Of a stretch of 64,000 nucleotides of DNA, positions 10,143 to 18,747 are shown in pieces; the stretch's first letter is position 1; each line of letters begins with the position of its first letter. Origin of the DNA: a virus. The stretch lies in the IMG/VR virus record IMGVR_UViG_3300042861_001913. One strand, 5' to 3'. The notes under the pieces are model-generated. The model made no database searches. It was not told the DNA's origin and saw only the letters and a program-made list of their open reading frames with translations. A program made the translations under genes and the position numbers.

Positions 10143-10418
10143 TTAATTCCTAATTAATGTAAATGTGAGACTAGTAAGAAAAATAGACTCCTTGGGAATG
10201 GCTGAAATGCCTGTGGTTGTCGCCTCCGCAGAAATGTGGAAGTCTAATTCCTCCACAAAACCACAATTTAGTAATGCTCTTTTACCTGTAGATTTATCAT
10301 ATCATGATAACCATGTCCAAGCATCTTCAAAATCAATTGGAAATTCTACTTCAGATTCAAGTAACTGTAATGCTAAATCTTGATTAAATTTAATTCTGTT
10401 TTCATCATTTACTTGCAT
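10143..10418 (-). pseudogene. pRha/ORF6N-like phage regulator ORF interrupted by one in-frame TGA (10302-10304)
   Basis: hand translation: MQVNDENRIKFNQDLALQLLESEVEFPIDFEDAWTWLS-TGA-YDKSTGKRALLNCGFVEELDFHISAE...; both halves share one frame and fill the gap between neighbouring genes exactly. Confidence 0.45.
10174..10183 (+). repeat. iterated 10-mer GTAAGAAAAA copy
   Basis: exact match; antisense in the interrupted ORF (IFLT). Confidence 0.9.
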
Positions 10419-10614
10419 CCCATGTAATATCAGTTGACTTAGCATTACTTATCATTTGATTATGCAATTGGGTTATTTCATCACCTATTTTACATATATC
10501 GTATTGAAAATTAGTGTCTTTTTCACTATTCCAAACAAGATCAGAAATTACACAATTCTGTTTGTCTAATAGTTCAAGTATCTTAATTAATATCTCTTGT
10601 GTTTCCATGTTCAC
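10405..10614 (-). CDS. hypothetical protein (69 aa)
   Basis: ORF track. Confidence 0.5.
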   Translation of the reverse strand: MNMETQEILIKILELLDKQNCVISDLVWNSEKDTNFQYDICKIGDEITQLHNQMISNAKSTDITWDASK

Positions 10615-10759
10615 CTATTACACTAGTTAATTCAATAATGTTCGCGCAATTAACTTAGTTCCATAGTTAGGAACTAGATATTTAGTAACGTAGTAATAAC
10701 CACTGTATTAATACAACAGTTATTGCTACGCCGTCATTAATTAGTAACTGATGTTCTAA

Positions 10760-11179
10760 TTAAATATTGTGTTTCTCCATTTCCCAAACACGGTCATATA
10801 CAGCTTGTAATTCATCAGGTACATCATTATTATTATTCATAGCCTGAACCCAATTAGATAATGTATCTAATGCTTCATACATATCAGTTTGTCGCAATTG
10901 ATTTAATTGCTCTAATTGATGATTACTTAACAATTGAACAACTCTAACACCTTTTAACTTATCAATTAACTTATTATCTATATCATAATTTAGATAATCA
11001 GACACTTGTTCACTTAATACATCTAATTCTCCAACTAAACTAGCTAAATGAGATAAGTATCTTAACTTATCGTTAGTTGTAGTACCAATTCTATCTACAT
11101 TAGCTAAGTTAGCAATAGATGTAGCAAACTTAGATATTGCATTTAATGTAACTTCAAGTTGATTATCGTTCTCTATCAT
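10760..11179 (-). CDS. hypothetical protein (139 aa)
   Basis: ORF track. Confidence 0.55.
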   Translation of the reverse strand: MIENDNQLEVTLNAISKFATSIANLANVDRIGTTTNDKLRYLSHLASLVGELDVLSEQVSDYLNYDIDNKLIDKLKGVRVVQLLSNHQLEQLNQLRQTDMYEALDTLSNWVQAMNNNNDVPDELQAVYDRVWEMEKHNI

Positions 11180-12027
11180 TAGAAATTAACTCCATGTCCT
11201 ACGTTAATAGTGAATAGTCCATTATCCCGCCACATTCTTAATACCTGTGGTCTATCATCAATTACAGCATGAACATTATAAACATTCTTGATATACGCTT
11301 CATATATCTCCTGTTTAACTACACTATCCTTACGTTGATCAAGTTCAGCACGCATATACAACGCATCATATCTAATGTTATGTTTATCTAACCAACTAAT
11401 AGTCTGATCTTTCCAAGTATCCTTACGTCCTGATACTAATACTATTTTCTTACTCGGATAATACAACTTATATAACTCATAGACTGGTTCATTAAGTAGG
11501 TCATCCTCGCACGTACTAGCATCATAGGGATTACGACCATTAAGTAGACTTAGAGTACCGTCAAGGTCAATTATGACGCAATCTGGAAGACCTTCTATTC
11601 TAGCTGCACTAGGAGGATCAACATACAGATATTTATCGTACATACCACGAATAACAGCTTCACCTACTGAGTTAGTTCGAGTTAGATCACGTTTAATGCA
11701 CTCAGATAGAGGAACGGTAAGAAAACTATTATTGATGATTAATTCAGCTTTACCTTCAATTAATGCGGCAATTCTAGTCTTATGCTTTGGACAAAGGTGC
11801 GTATTATCAAGTATCACATTATACCCATTACTAAGTGCCTCTAGTATTAGTAATTCCTCACATTGAATAACAAACTTCTCATTTTTCTTACTGTATACGC
11901 CGTTGTCCATCATGGTGCGAATATCGTCTTTATTAATACGCTTCCATCCAGGTACATCGGTAACTAATTGTATAGCGTATGTAGTTTTACCAGATCCAGG
12001 TAAGCCAACTGTCATAATTACTTGCAT
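11179..12027 (-). CDS. pnkp: polynucleotide 5'-kinase/3'-phosphatase (T4 Pnkp architecture)
   Basis: N-terminal P-loop GLPGSGKTT; C-terminal HAD phosphatase motif IIDLDGTLS; adjacent to and overlapping an Rnl1-like ligase gene. Confidence 0.8.
   Translation of the reverse strand: MQVIMTVGLPGSGKTTYAIQLVTDVPGWKRINKDDIRTMMDNGVYSKKNEKFVIQCEELLILEALSNGYNVILDNTHLCPKHKTRIAALIEGKAELIINNSFLTVPLSECIKRDLTRTNSVGEAVIRGMYDKYLYVDPPSAARIEGLPDCVIIDLDGTLSLLNGRNPYDASTCEDDLLNEPVYELYKLYYPSKKIVLVSGRKDTWKDQTISWLDKHNIRYDALYMRAELDQRKDSVVKQEIYEAYIKNVYNVHAVIDDRPQVLRMWRDNGLFTINVGHGVNF
11882..11891 (-). repeat. iterated 10-mer GTAAGAAAAA copy
   Basis: plus strand TTTTTCTTAC; sense in pnkp (SKKN). Confidence 0.9.
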
Positions 12028-13094
12028 AATTTCATCAACTCCTCAAAATTCTTTAACAACAACTTAGATAGTGCTTCTTTAACTGACTTACTATGACCAT
12101 CTCTAATTGAGAATAGGATAACTTTCCATTTGATGTTAGAGATAGCTATTGCAAACTGTTTCTTATCGGTGATTTTAGCGAACTCATTTAAATCATGTTC
12201 AATTAACTCACATAACTTATTGTATTTAGTTAAGTAGTTATTGTAGATGCTACTAAATTCATGGAAGTAACTGATAAACTCATTACCTTCACCTGTTCTA
12301 ACTAACTCTAATATGTCACGTTTGGTAACGCTTGATTTAATCCTATGATATTTAACATAATCATCGTGTTTTAATTTAACTCGTTTCCAAGTACACCATT
12401 CTACTATTACATAACCTTCATTATGTAATCCATCTAACTTAACTAACTCATCTCTAACTTCATCTATAGTTAAACCATATTCAAGATAGTCAACTAACTT
12501 AAACGAAGTGAACTTAGGTTGTGCTATCGACTCCTCACGTAATGTAGTTCTATTTCTAACTCCAATTAAAGTTAATGAGTTACTACTATGTGATACAACT
12601 ACTGGATTAAATGGTGTACATAACTCAAACATATACGTATAGTTAACATCAAAGTCATCTAATTTATATGATTCTTGCATAAATACAGTCCATGCAAGTT
12701 CAGCAAATGTAACACTATAATCAAGTATAGTTCCACCAGCATCAGGAGATCCAGTAGTTGCAACTAACCATTCATCATTGTAGTAATACATAATGATTAG
12801 ACTGCCATCTAACTTCTTATAAGCATAAGAGTTATCGAAGTCTATTTCTGCTGCACATGATTCACCATAGTTATAGAATCTATCAAATGGATATGCTACA
12901 ACATTCCAATCATTAGCTTCATCTAATATTAATCCGCGACATTCAGTTACTATTGGATGATAATAGGGTGATGTAACATTCCAATAACATAATCCAACTA
13001 GATTAGGATATTTAGTATGTCGTCTAACTTGTATTCCTAATTCGGCGGTTAAGTCTTTTAATGACTTAGTTCGGAGATATTCTTGTACTAGCAT
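12018..13094 (-). CDS. rnlA: RNA ligase 1 (T4 RnlA-like)
   Basis: from memory of T4 Rnl1: ECRGLIL (T4 ECRGIMF), adenylylation lysine motif KKLDGSLI (T4 KEDGSL), EGYVIVEW...KLKHDDYVKYHRIKSS (T4 EGYVAVM...KIKSDWYVSLHSTKSS). Confidence 0.8.
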   Translation of the reverse strand: MLVQEYLRTKSLKDLTAELGIQVRRHTKYPNLVGLCYWNVTSPYYHPIVTECRGLILDEANDWNVVAYPFDRFYNYGESCAAEIDFDNSYAYKKLDGSLIIMYYYNDEWLVATTGSPDAGGTILDYSVTFAELAWTVFMQESYKLDDFDVNYTYMFELCTPFNPVVVSHSSNSLTLIGVRNRTTLREESIAQPKFTSFKLVDYLEYGLTIDEVRDELVKLDGLHNEGYVIVEWCTWKRVKLKHDDYVKYHRIKSSVTKRDILELVRTGEGNEFISYFHEFSSIYNNYLTKYNKLCELIEHDLNEFAKITDKKQFAIAISNIKWKVILFSIRDGHSKSVKEALSKLLLKNFEELMKLCK

Positions 13095-13279
13095 ATTGGT
13101 TGAATAAAGTTATCCCAACTACGATTTATTGAATAATTATCAGCTATATCTTTTAATTGTCGCTTAGTTTGTTGTCTGATTCTATGACGAATGTTACAAA
13201 GACGAGATTGATTGTAATATCTATTATCATTTGGACAACTTCCAAACTTAATTAACACGCGTTTATTGTTAATCATCAT
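13088..13279 (-). CDS. hypothetical basic protein (63 aa)
   Basis: ORF track; overlaps the rnlA start by 7 nt. Confidence 0.4.
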   Translation of the reverse strand: MMINNKRVLIKFGSCPNDNRYYNQSRLCNIRHRIRQQTKRQLKDIADNYSINRSWDNFIQPIC

Positions 13280-13308
13280 TAAAAAGTGCAGCTATTACTA
13301 ACTGCACT
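13280..13308 (-). terminator. terminator-like hairpin AGTGCAG/CTGCACT followed by a U-run in the leftward transcript
   Basis: 7-bp stem 13285-13291/13302-13308, plus-strand A-run 13281-13285; just after the stop of 13316..13558. Confidence 0.5.
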
Positions 13309-13315
13309 AACTAAG

Positions 13316-13558
13316 TTAAATTTCGCTAACTACATCATATCTAGATTTAAAAGAATTGTATCTTCTAGGTTCTAGATGAAATGATGGTAACTCTATTAAT
13401 CCACGACATTCATGATAGACATAATTAGGACTTGATTGGCGAGATTCTACAACATGGATAACCTTAAATCCCGCATCATAAATTAATATAAGTCTATATG
13501 GATTGCCGGATCTATCGTTATTACGACTAATTACTTGATATGCTACAGCATCGTTCAT
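13316..13558 (-). CDS. hypothetical protein (80 aa)
   Basis: ORF track. Confidence 0.5.
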   Translation of the reverse strand: MNDAVAYQVISRNNDRSGNPYRLILIYDAGFKVIHVVESRQSSPNYVYHECRGLIELPSFHLEPRRYNSFKSRYDVVSEI

Positions 13559-14385
13559 ACAGGAATCTTCTTAGTTGCAGGTACAACTGGTAATGGATTA
13601 CTACCTAATGATGTGAATATCTTATCCCAATGTACAGTTAACTCTTTAGTTGTTGGATCTAATTCACTAATCACAAATTCACTATTACGTAAATGTTCAC
13701 TTCTAGCACCAGTAGCAATATTAGATTCATCAGTAAGAAAACTAATTATATTCTGATTCTTATTTTTCTTACTACGATACATATACCCAATAGCATCGGC
13801 GTTAGCTACTGTGTATAATTTAAGACTTCCTGTTAACTGAATATCCTTCACATCTAACTCTGTTTTCTCATCAGACGTTACTTTAATGTGACCACTGAGA
13901 ATAAGAGCTTTACCTGCTAAACCTTTAAATGGTTCAACGATGTCAATAAATGCCCGTCTAAGTAGACCATAACCAGCACCTTTAGGTAACTCAGTTACAT
14001 CCTTTCCCGTGAAGTTCTTACCAATAGGCGACTTCTTATACTCGAATGTAGCCTTAGCAAGAGCAAGTGCTTCAATTGCAGTTAATGTATCAAGTGCAAT
14101 GTAATCATATATGGGTTTACCAGCTTTAACGTTTTCAGCTTTAATTAACTTAGCTGTTTCTTCTAATAATGAACCTAAACCAGTACCGCTAGTAGCAACT
14201 TCTTTGCGTAAGTTAAGTTTAGTACCATCATAATATTCACTACCATCTTCTAGGTCAATAAGTAGACTATTAGGTAATTTAAGTAAATTTGACGACTTAC
14301 CTATTTTGGTATTACTTAGTAACACTAAAATACGTGGATCTGTATTAGCTGCAACTGTACTTGTTCTTGGTAATATTAAAGCCAT
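13555..14385 (-). CDS. AAA_24 / Sak4-like RecA-fold ATPase
   Basis: N-terminal ILVLLSNTKIGKSS P-loop-like segment, LLIDLEDG strand, overall length and pattern of phage AAA_24 proteins. Confidence 0.55.
   Translation of the reverse strand: MALILPRTSTVAANTDPRILVLLSNTKIGKSSNLLKLPNSLLIDLEDGSEYYDGTKLNLRKEVATSGTGLGSLLEETAKLIKAENVKAGKPIYDYIALDTLTAIEALALAKATFEYKKSPIGKNFTGKDVTELPKGAGYGLLRRAFIDIVEPFKGLAGKALILSGHIKVTSDEKTELDVKDIQLTGSLKLYTVANADAIGYMYRSKKNKNQNIISFLTDESNIATGARSEHLRNSEFVISELDPTTKELTVHWDKIFTSLGSNPLPVVPATKKIPV
13763..13772 (-). repeat. iterated 10-mer GTAAGAAAAA copy
   Basis: plus strand TTTTTCTTAC; sense in 13555..14385 (SKKN). Confidence 0.9.
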
Positions 14386-14392
14386 GATAAAT

Positions 14393-14599
14393 CTATCCTA
14401 ATTGTTCTAAATAAACTGGTTCAACTACGTCATTAATCTTAACTAAAGTACATTTAACATTTAGTGCTAATTGTATTTCAGCTACTTCACCATATAATAC
14501 CACACTTTCAACAGTAGCTGTAGTATTTAGAAAGTGAACTCTATCGCCTTTAGTTAAGGTTTGACCATATTCACGTAACACGGTTGTCATTATCCACAT
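14393..14599 (-). CDS. hypothetical protein (68 aa)
   Basis: ORF track. Confidence 0.5.
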   Translation of the reverse strand: MWIMTTVLREYGQTLTKGDRVHFLNTTATVESVVLYGEVAEIQLALNVKCTLVKINDVVEPVYLEQLG

Positions 14600-14874
14600 T
14601 AGAGTTTCTCCAGTATGTCAAGGTAATTTAATTGAGGTTCATTAGTATCAGGTAACTCATTATATATATGCGACCCTACATCTTCAAAATGTCTATCAAA
14701 GTCATTTTCTAATTTATCCTCATTGTCTTCTAAATCAGAAAAATCAGCAGATATTGATCTAACAATGTAACGATTTATTTGAGCGTGAGTTAATCTATTA
14801 TCTATTTCCTCAATATTTCCACCATATACATTATGTTCAATCATCCAATCTCTAATATCTTTTTTAGTTATCAT
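14599..14874 (-). CDS. hypothetical protein, tandem paralog 1 (91 aa)
   Basis: MITKKDIRDWMIEHNVYGG ... NYLDILEKL; paralogous to 14871..15122. Confidence 0.6.
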   Translation of the reverse strand: MITKKDIRDWMIEHNVYGGNIEEIDNRLTHAQINRYIVRSISADFSDLEDNEDKLENDFDRHFEDVGSHIYNELPDTNEPQLNYLDILEKL

Positions 14875-15122
14875 AATTTATCCAGTATGTCAAGATAGTT
14901 AATAGTAGGTTCACCGTCTGGTAAATTGTTATAAATACTATTTCCGATCTCTCTAAAGTAAGCATCAAACTTAGATTCCCAATTATCATCAAAGTTACAT
15001 GATATACTTCTAAGTGTTTTATCACCTTTATCTCTTAGTCGTTTGTCTACTTTTTGAACACAATCAACATTATATACATTGTTATTAATCATCCAGTCTC
15101 TAACATCTTTCTTAGTAAACAT
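14871..15122 (-). CDS. hypothetical protein, tandem paralog 2 (83 aa)
   Basis: MFTKKDVRDWMINNNVYNV ... NYLDILDKL. Confidence 0.6.
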   Translation of the reverse strand: MFTKKDVRDWMINNNVYNVDCVQKVDKRLRDKGDKTLRSISCNFDDNWESKFDAYFREIGNSIYNNLPDGEPTINYLDILDKL

Positions 15123-15124
15123 AC

Positions 15125-15397
15125 TTATCTCTCAACAGTTACAGTTAAACCTTCAGCTACCAATTGATCTCTACTTAATTCAGCAAACGGTTCGGTATAT
15201 TCTCCTATTAGAGCTTTACCATTAAGATGAGCATCCATCATAATTTGATAACTCTTATCATTACTGAATCTCATAACACTACTTAATATCTCTACTACAA
15301 CTTCAGCAGGAAATATGCTGTCATCATGTAGAATCAACTTAACCATTGGAGCATTGTTAACAAATGTAAATGGCTCTCTATCTAATACTGCATTCAT
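15125..15397 (-). CDS. clpS: ClpS-like ATP-dependent Clp protease adaptor
   Basis: 90 aa; VKLILHDDSIFPAEVVVEILSSVMRFS...SYQIMMDAHLNGKALIGEY matches the ClpS core pattern (hhLhNDDxxxxxFVhxhL ... hMhxhHxxGxAhhG). Confidence 0.7.
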   Translation of the reverse strand: MNAVLDREPFTFVNNAPMVKLILHDDSIFPAEVVVEILSSVMRFSNDKSYQIMMDAHLNGKALIGEYTEPFAELSRDQLVAEGLTVTVER

Positions 15398-15744
15398 GAT
15401 AAAGTCTCCTCGTAATTGTTTAATGCTACTTGATATACGAATAATGCAGCTATTTGACCACGTAATACTGCATTACGATTAATTATCCATTGTTGATAAT
15501 CAATTTCAATGTAATCTAGAGCAGGATCACTAGATTCTAATCGGAGTTGATGAAGACGATGATCTGCATTACGTTGAGCTATTTGTAATTCAATATCTCG
15601 AATTAAATACTCACATTTAAGTATGGCAGTTCGGAGTCTACTTAATGTTAGAAATTTAGGAAACTCTGTCCAATTGATAGTCTTAATGTCTAGAAAGCGA
15701 GGGATTTTGATGCGTTGGTCTGTTCCAGTTGTAGTAGTAACCAT
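15394..15744 (-). CDS. hypothetical protein (116 aa)
   Basis: ORF track. Confidence 0.5.
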   Translation of the reverse strand: MVTTTTGTDQRIKIPRFLDIKTINWTEFPKFLTLSRLRTAILKCEYLIRDIELQIAQRNADHRLHQLRLESSDPALDYIEIDYQQWIINRNAVLRGQIAALFVYQVALNNYEETLS

Positions 15745-17150
15745 GATATGACAGCCTCAATTCGTGTTTTAATAGTTGGATATTTGTCAGGTGTCGTGTT
15801 GTTGAATGATTTACATTGAACTAATCTCCAATCAGTTATATTATCAGTTCTAGAATATTCACCTTGAGTAAATTCACAAGTAAATCTATACTTATCAATC
15901 CTAATACTGAAGATGCGGCGATTCTCATTAAGTGAATTAGAATAACCACCTACACAGTGATTATTGTATCTACCTTCATCTAGTAACTGAAGTGACGTAA
16001 CTAACTCAATTACTTCACATTCTAGGTAATGTCTATTAATTGGTAATGGAGTTACAAGTACCTTATTTAATCTAGTTTTAGCAGAGTTAATTTTTTCAGT
16101 TATCTTTAACTTAATTAAATCAATACATAGAGAATCCGAATAAAAGTCATTCTCCAATATACCGATAACCCATTTACCTTCAACAGTAACTAGATTCTCA
16201 ATGAACTTAAATAACTCTAATTGTTTATCTAGATTAAGATACTTAAACCAATTAGTAATTCCACAATGTTCATTAGTAAACTTACCTAATCGCGCCAATT
16301 GAGTTTTCCAACCTTTTGGAAGAGTAAGAAAATAGGTATCATTAGTTATGCAAGCATTACATAACGTGATGTATTTAAGTAACTCTAACCATTGTTCCTT
16401 CTGATGCTTCTTAACTCCATTACCATATAGTCGTTGAAATACTATGTTCCAGTGTTTATCATTAAATGTTAATGACTTTAACTCAGGTATTACATAATTA
16501 GAAATAACTTCAATTGGTTTAGTATCAACTAATTTAAAGTAATTAGATATCAAATTCAACTCATCTTCATTAATAAATGATGGTACTTTAATAGCTGTTG
16601 GAGCATACCGTGGATTAATATGTGCGATATAACCAACTATCTTATCTACATCTAAATAAGCATCGGGATATTGACGTTTCTTCTTCAGTAATCTAAATAA
16701 AGTAAATTTAGAGGTATTGAAGTTAACTACTTCTATTTGTCGTGTTACTAGAAATGCCGCAAATTCTGGTCTATATATTAATTGTTTAGTAGCTAGATCA
16801 ATACCAATCATGCAACAATTAATATCGAATGTGTCAATGATATTAGTTAGTTTACTATTAATTGAATAAATATCAACATAGTTAATATTATCAACTCTAC
16901 TAACATTAAAGATTGTAAAATGCTTATCTTGGTAATATAAGTTTTTAATTTTATGAGTTGTTCGATAATAGTCACAATTTTCTTGTGTAACTAATCTAAA
17001 TACATCTATATCACCATACTCTGATTTAAGTCCAGTTACTGCACTATATACAATAGATGCAATTGCTCCACCAGCTACAACACCTTCATTTGGTAGTTCT
17101 GGTAATTGAGATAGAATAAAGTCACTTGTGATAGTATCTAAAGTCATCAT
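15690..17150 (-). CDS. hypothetical protein with C-terminal PcfJ-like motif
   Basis: 486 aa; C-terminal NNHCVGGYSNSL resembles the PcfJ-family HCVGxY signature; N-terminal GGAIASIVY...GDIDVF segment. Confidence 0.5.
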   Translation of the reverse strand: MMTLDTITSDFILSQLPELPNEGVVAGGAIASIVYSAVTGLKSEYGDIDVFRLVTQENCDYYRTTHKIKNLYYQDKHFTIFNVSRVDNINYVDIYSINSKLTNIIDTFDINCCMIGIDLATKQLIYRPEFAAFLVTRQIEVVNFNTSKFTLFRLLKKKRQYPDAYLDVDKIVGYIAHINPRYAPTAIKVPSFINEDELNLISNYFKLVDTKPIEVISNYVIPELKSLTFNDKHWNIVFQRLYGNGVKKHQKEQWLELLKYITLCNACITNDTYFLTLPKGWKTQLARLGKFTNEHCGITNWFKYLNLDKQLELFKFIENLVTVEGKWVIGILENDFYSDSLCIDLIKLKITEKINSAKTRLNKVLVTPLPINRHYLECEVIELVTSLQLLDEGRYNNHCVGGYSNSLNENRRIFSIRIDKYRFTCEFTQGEYSRTDNITDWRLVQCKSFNNTTPDKYPTIKTRIEAVISWLLLQLEQTNASKSLAF

Positions 17151-17159
17151 AATTAAAAT

Positions 17160-17178
17160 GGGGTAAATTAATTACCCC
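17160..17178 (-). promoter_or_regulatory. GC-clamped intergenic hairpin GGGGTAA-ATTAA-TTACCCC
   Basis: 7-bp stem between the stop of 17187..17651 and the start of 15690..17150. Confidence 0.45.
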
Positions 17179-17186
17179 AACTAAGG

Positions 17187-17651
17187 TTACTCTATGTCTA
17201 ATAAATCATCTACATCTTCTACTACATCTTCTGCAACTGGAACATCAGTTAATTGATTTACAACTAATGCAAGTGATTCACCTTTAGTTTTCCAATCAAC
17301 TAAACTACTAATTAACTTCAATAACTCAACATTAGTATAATTAAGTTCCTTAAACTCATCAACTATACGTGTTGAAGCATTCATAACTTCAGGATATAAT
17401 GTGAGTATTGCTGCTAGTATTAATTCAAACTTACTCTTAATGTCAGTACCACATGACTCAGCATACTTGAGGATACCTGTTTTACTACGTTTAGGAACAC
17501 CTGCTATTAAGGCTGCTATCTTTTTTCTAGTTTCATCATCCAATCCCAACTCAACCAATGAATTTTCTATGTTATTAGCCACGATTGATTTCTCCAAAAT
17601 TATAAGTGATCTTGCGCCTATCCTATCTGCTGCTGTTACGGGAATCGGCAC
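17187..17651 (-). CDS. hypothetical protein with acidic C-terminus (track start is GTG 17651; GTG 17582 preceded by GGAG is more likely)
   Basis: ORF track; GGAGAAATCAATC-GTG context at 17582. Confidence 0.55.
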   Translation of the reverse strand: MPIPVTAADRIGARSLIILEKSIVANNIENSLVELGLDDETRKKIAALIAGVPKRSKTGILKYAESCGTDIKSKFELILAAILTLYPEVMNASTRIVDEFKELNYTNVELLKLISSLVDWKTKGESLALVVNQLTDVPVAEDVVEDVDDLLDIE

Positions 17652-17922
17652 TTATTTTCTTACCCGTAACAATAATGGTGATAAACTATCTCAACGTGAA
17701 TACGACTATATAACTCAAGAGCGTAATCGTATTCAAGTATTAATAAATGATGAAATAACTCAGATACGTAAAGATAAGGATGAATTACGTACTGAATTGA
17801 TTGAGATACGTAATAAGTTAACTGAGTTAGAGAAAGTTGAAGATGAATGTCAACTTAAACTATATCAGGCTCAAGTTATTATTACTCAACTACGGGATCA
17901 TAACGCATCTAATATGTCTTGA
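17569..17922 (+). CDS. opposite-strand membrane-anchored coiled-coil protein (117 aa from MLLATIDFSK)
   Basis: only coherent ORF across 17652-17897, where the minus strand has no ORF; TM-like IISDLAPILSAAVTGIGTYFL then heptad-rich RNRIQVLINDEITQIRKDKDELRTELIEIRNKLTELEK. Confidence 0.5.
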   Translation: MLLATIDFSKIISDLAPILSAAVTGIGTYFLTRNNNGDKLSQREYDYITQERNRIQVLINDEITQIRKDKDELRTELIEIRNKLTELEKVEDECQLKLYQAQVIITQLRDHNASNMS

Positions 17923-18176
17923 TAACTAACATTAGATGATGTAACATTATCATCTAATAAATCAGCGTATGTTAGATGAAGATAATCCCGTAAATCTTCT
18001 CTATACTTATACCTACTCGTCGAAAATATCCATTCGGTACATATCTTATCTAATGTGTAACGAGATGGATAACGTAATAGCAATTTAGTAAGGAAGTTAT
18101 ATGATGTTTCATCTAACTCAACTAGATACTTCAAATACTGCTCTTTAGTCATCATATTGACCGATAGAAATAGCAT
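17898..18176 (-). CDS. hypothetical protein (92 aa)
   Basis: ORF track. Confidence 0.5.
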   Translation of the reverse strand: MLFLSVNMMTKEQYLKYLVELDETSYNFLTKLLLRYPSRYTLDKICTEWIFSTSRYKYREDLRDYLHLTYADLLDDNVTSSNVSYQDILDAL

Positions 18177-18240
18177 TAAATTGACGAATATTTCTAACTA
18201 GATAGTTACGAAAATCTCCACCTTCAAACTTAGTCATAAG

Positions 18241-18747
18241 TTACCAATCATAAGAATCCTCTGGGTTATTGAAACACCGAAAGATATAATCTTCCTCTGC
18301 ATCATAACCATTTAAATCCTCATGTATTACTTGACATTCACGGTTATTACCTGAATACCACACTTTAACATTTACTACACGTCGCATTTGTAATCGATCA
18401 TTAATCACATAAATAATTTGTCCAATTTTAGGTATCCAGAACTTATCTGATACATTAACCGTTCTACATCTATCTCGCCAACTAACAGCATCAGATTTAT
18501 TATGATATAACTTTCCTTGAAATTTCCAAGCTGGAACTTCTTCAATGTCACCGAGATTATTAGCATAGTAAATATCATTAGTTAGATACTTAGCTATGTT
18601 AACTAACTCATTATATTCATTGTAGTTAGCTATCTTGAATGTATTAAGTTTATCAGGATCTATCACATCACCTCGTAATAGTCCATTGAATATAATAGCA
18701 GCTAACTCAGTATCAACACAACGATCAATAACAGGTCTATAATCCAT
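18241..18747 (-). CDS. hypothetical protein (168 aa)
   Basis: ORF track. Confidence 0.55.
   Translation of the reverse strand: MDYRPVIDRCVDTELAAIIFNGLLRGDVIDPDKLNTFKIANYNEYNELVNIAKYLTNDIYYANNLGDIEEVPAWKFQGKLYHNKSDAVSWRDRCRTVNVSDKFWIPKIGQIIYVINDRLQMRRVVNVKVWYSGNNRECQVIHEDLNGYDAEEDYIFRCFNNPEDSYDW

Noticed and set aside
10165-10383. Track ORF 10165..10383 (+), 72 aa with GTG start
   Set aside because: It lies antisense to a well-fitting, though TGA-interrupted, minus-strand ORF in a strictly leftward operon, has no RBS, and has a low-complexity Ser-rich product.
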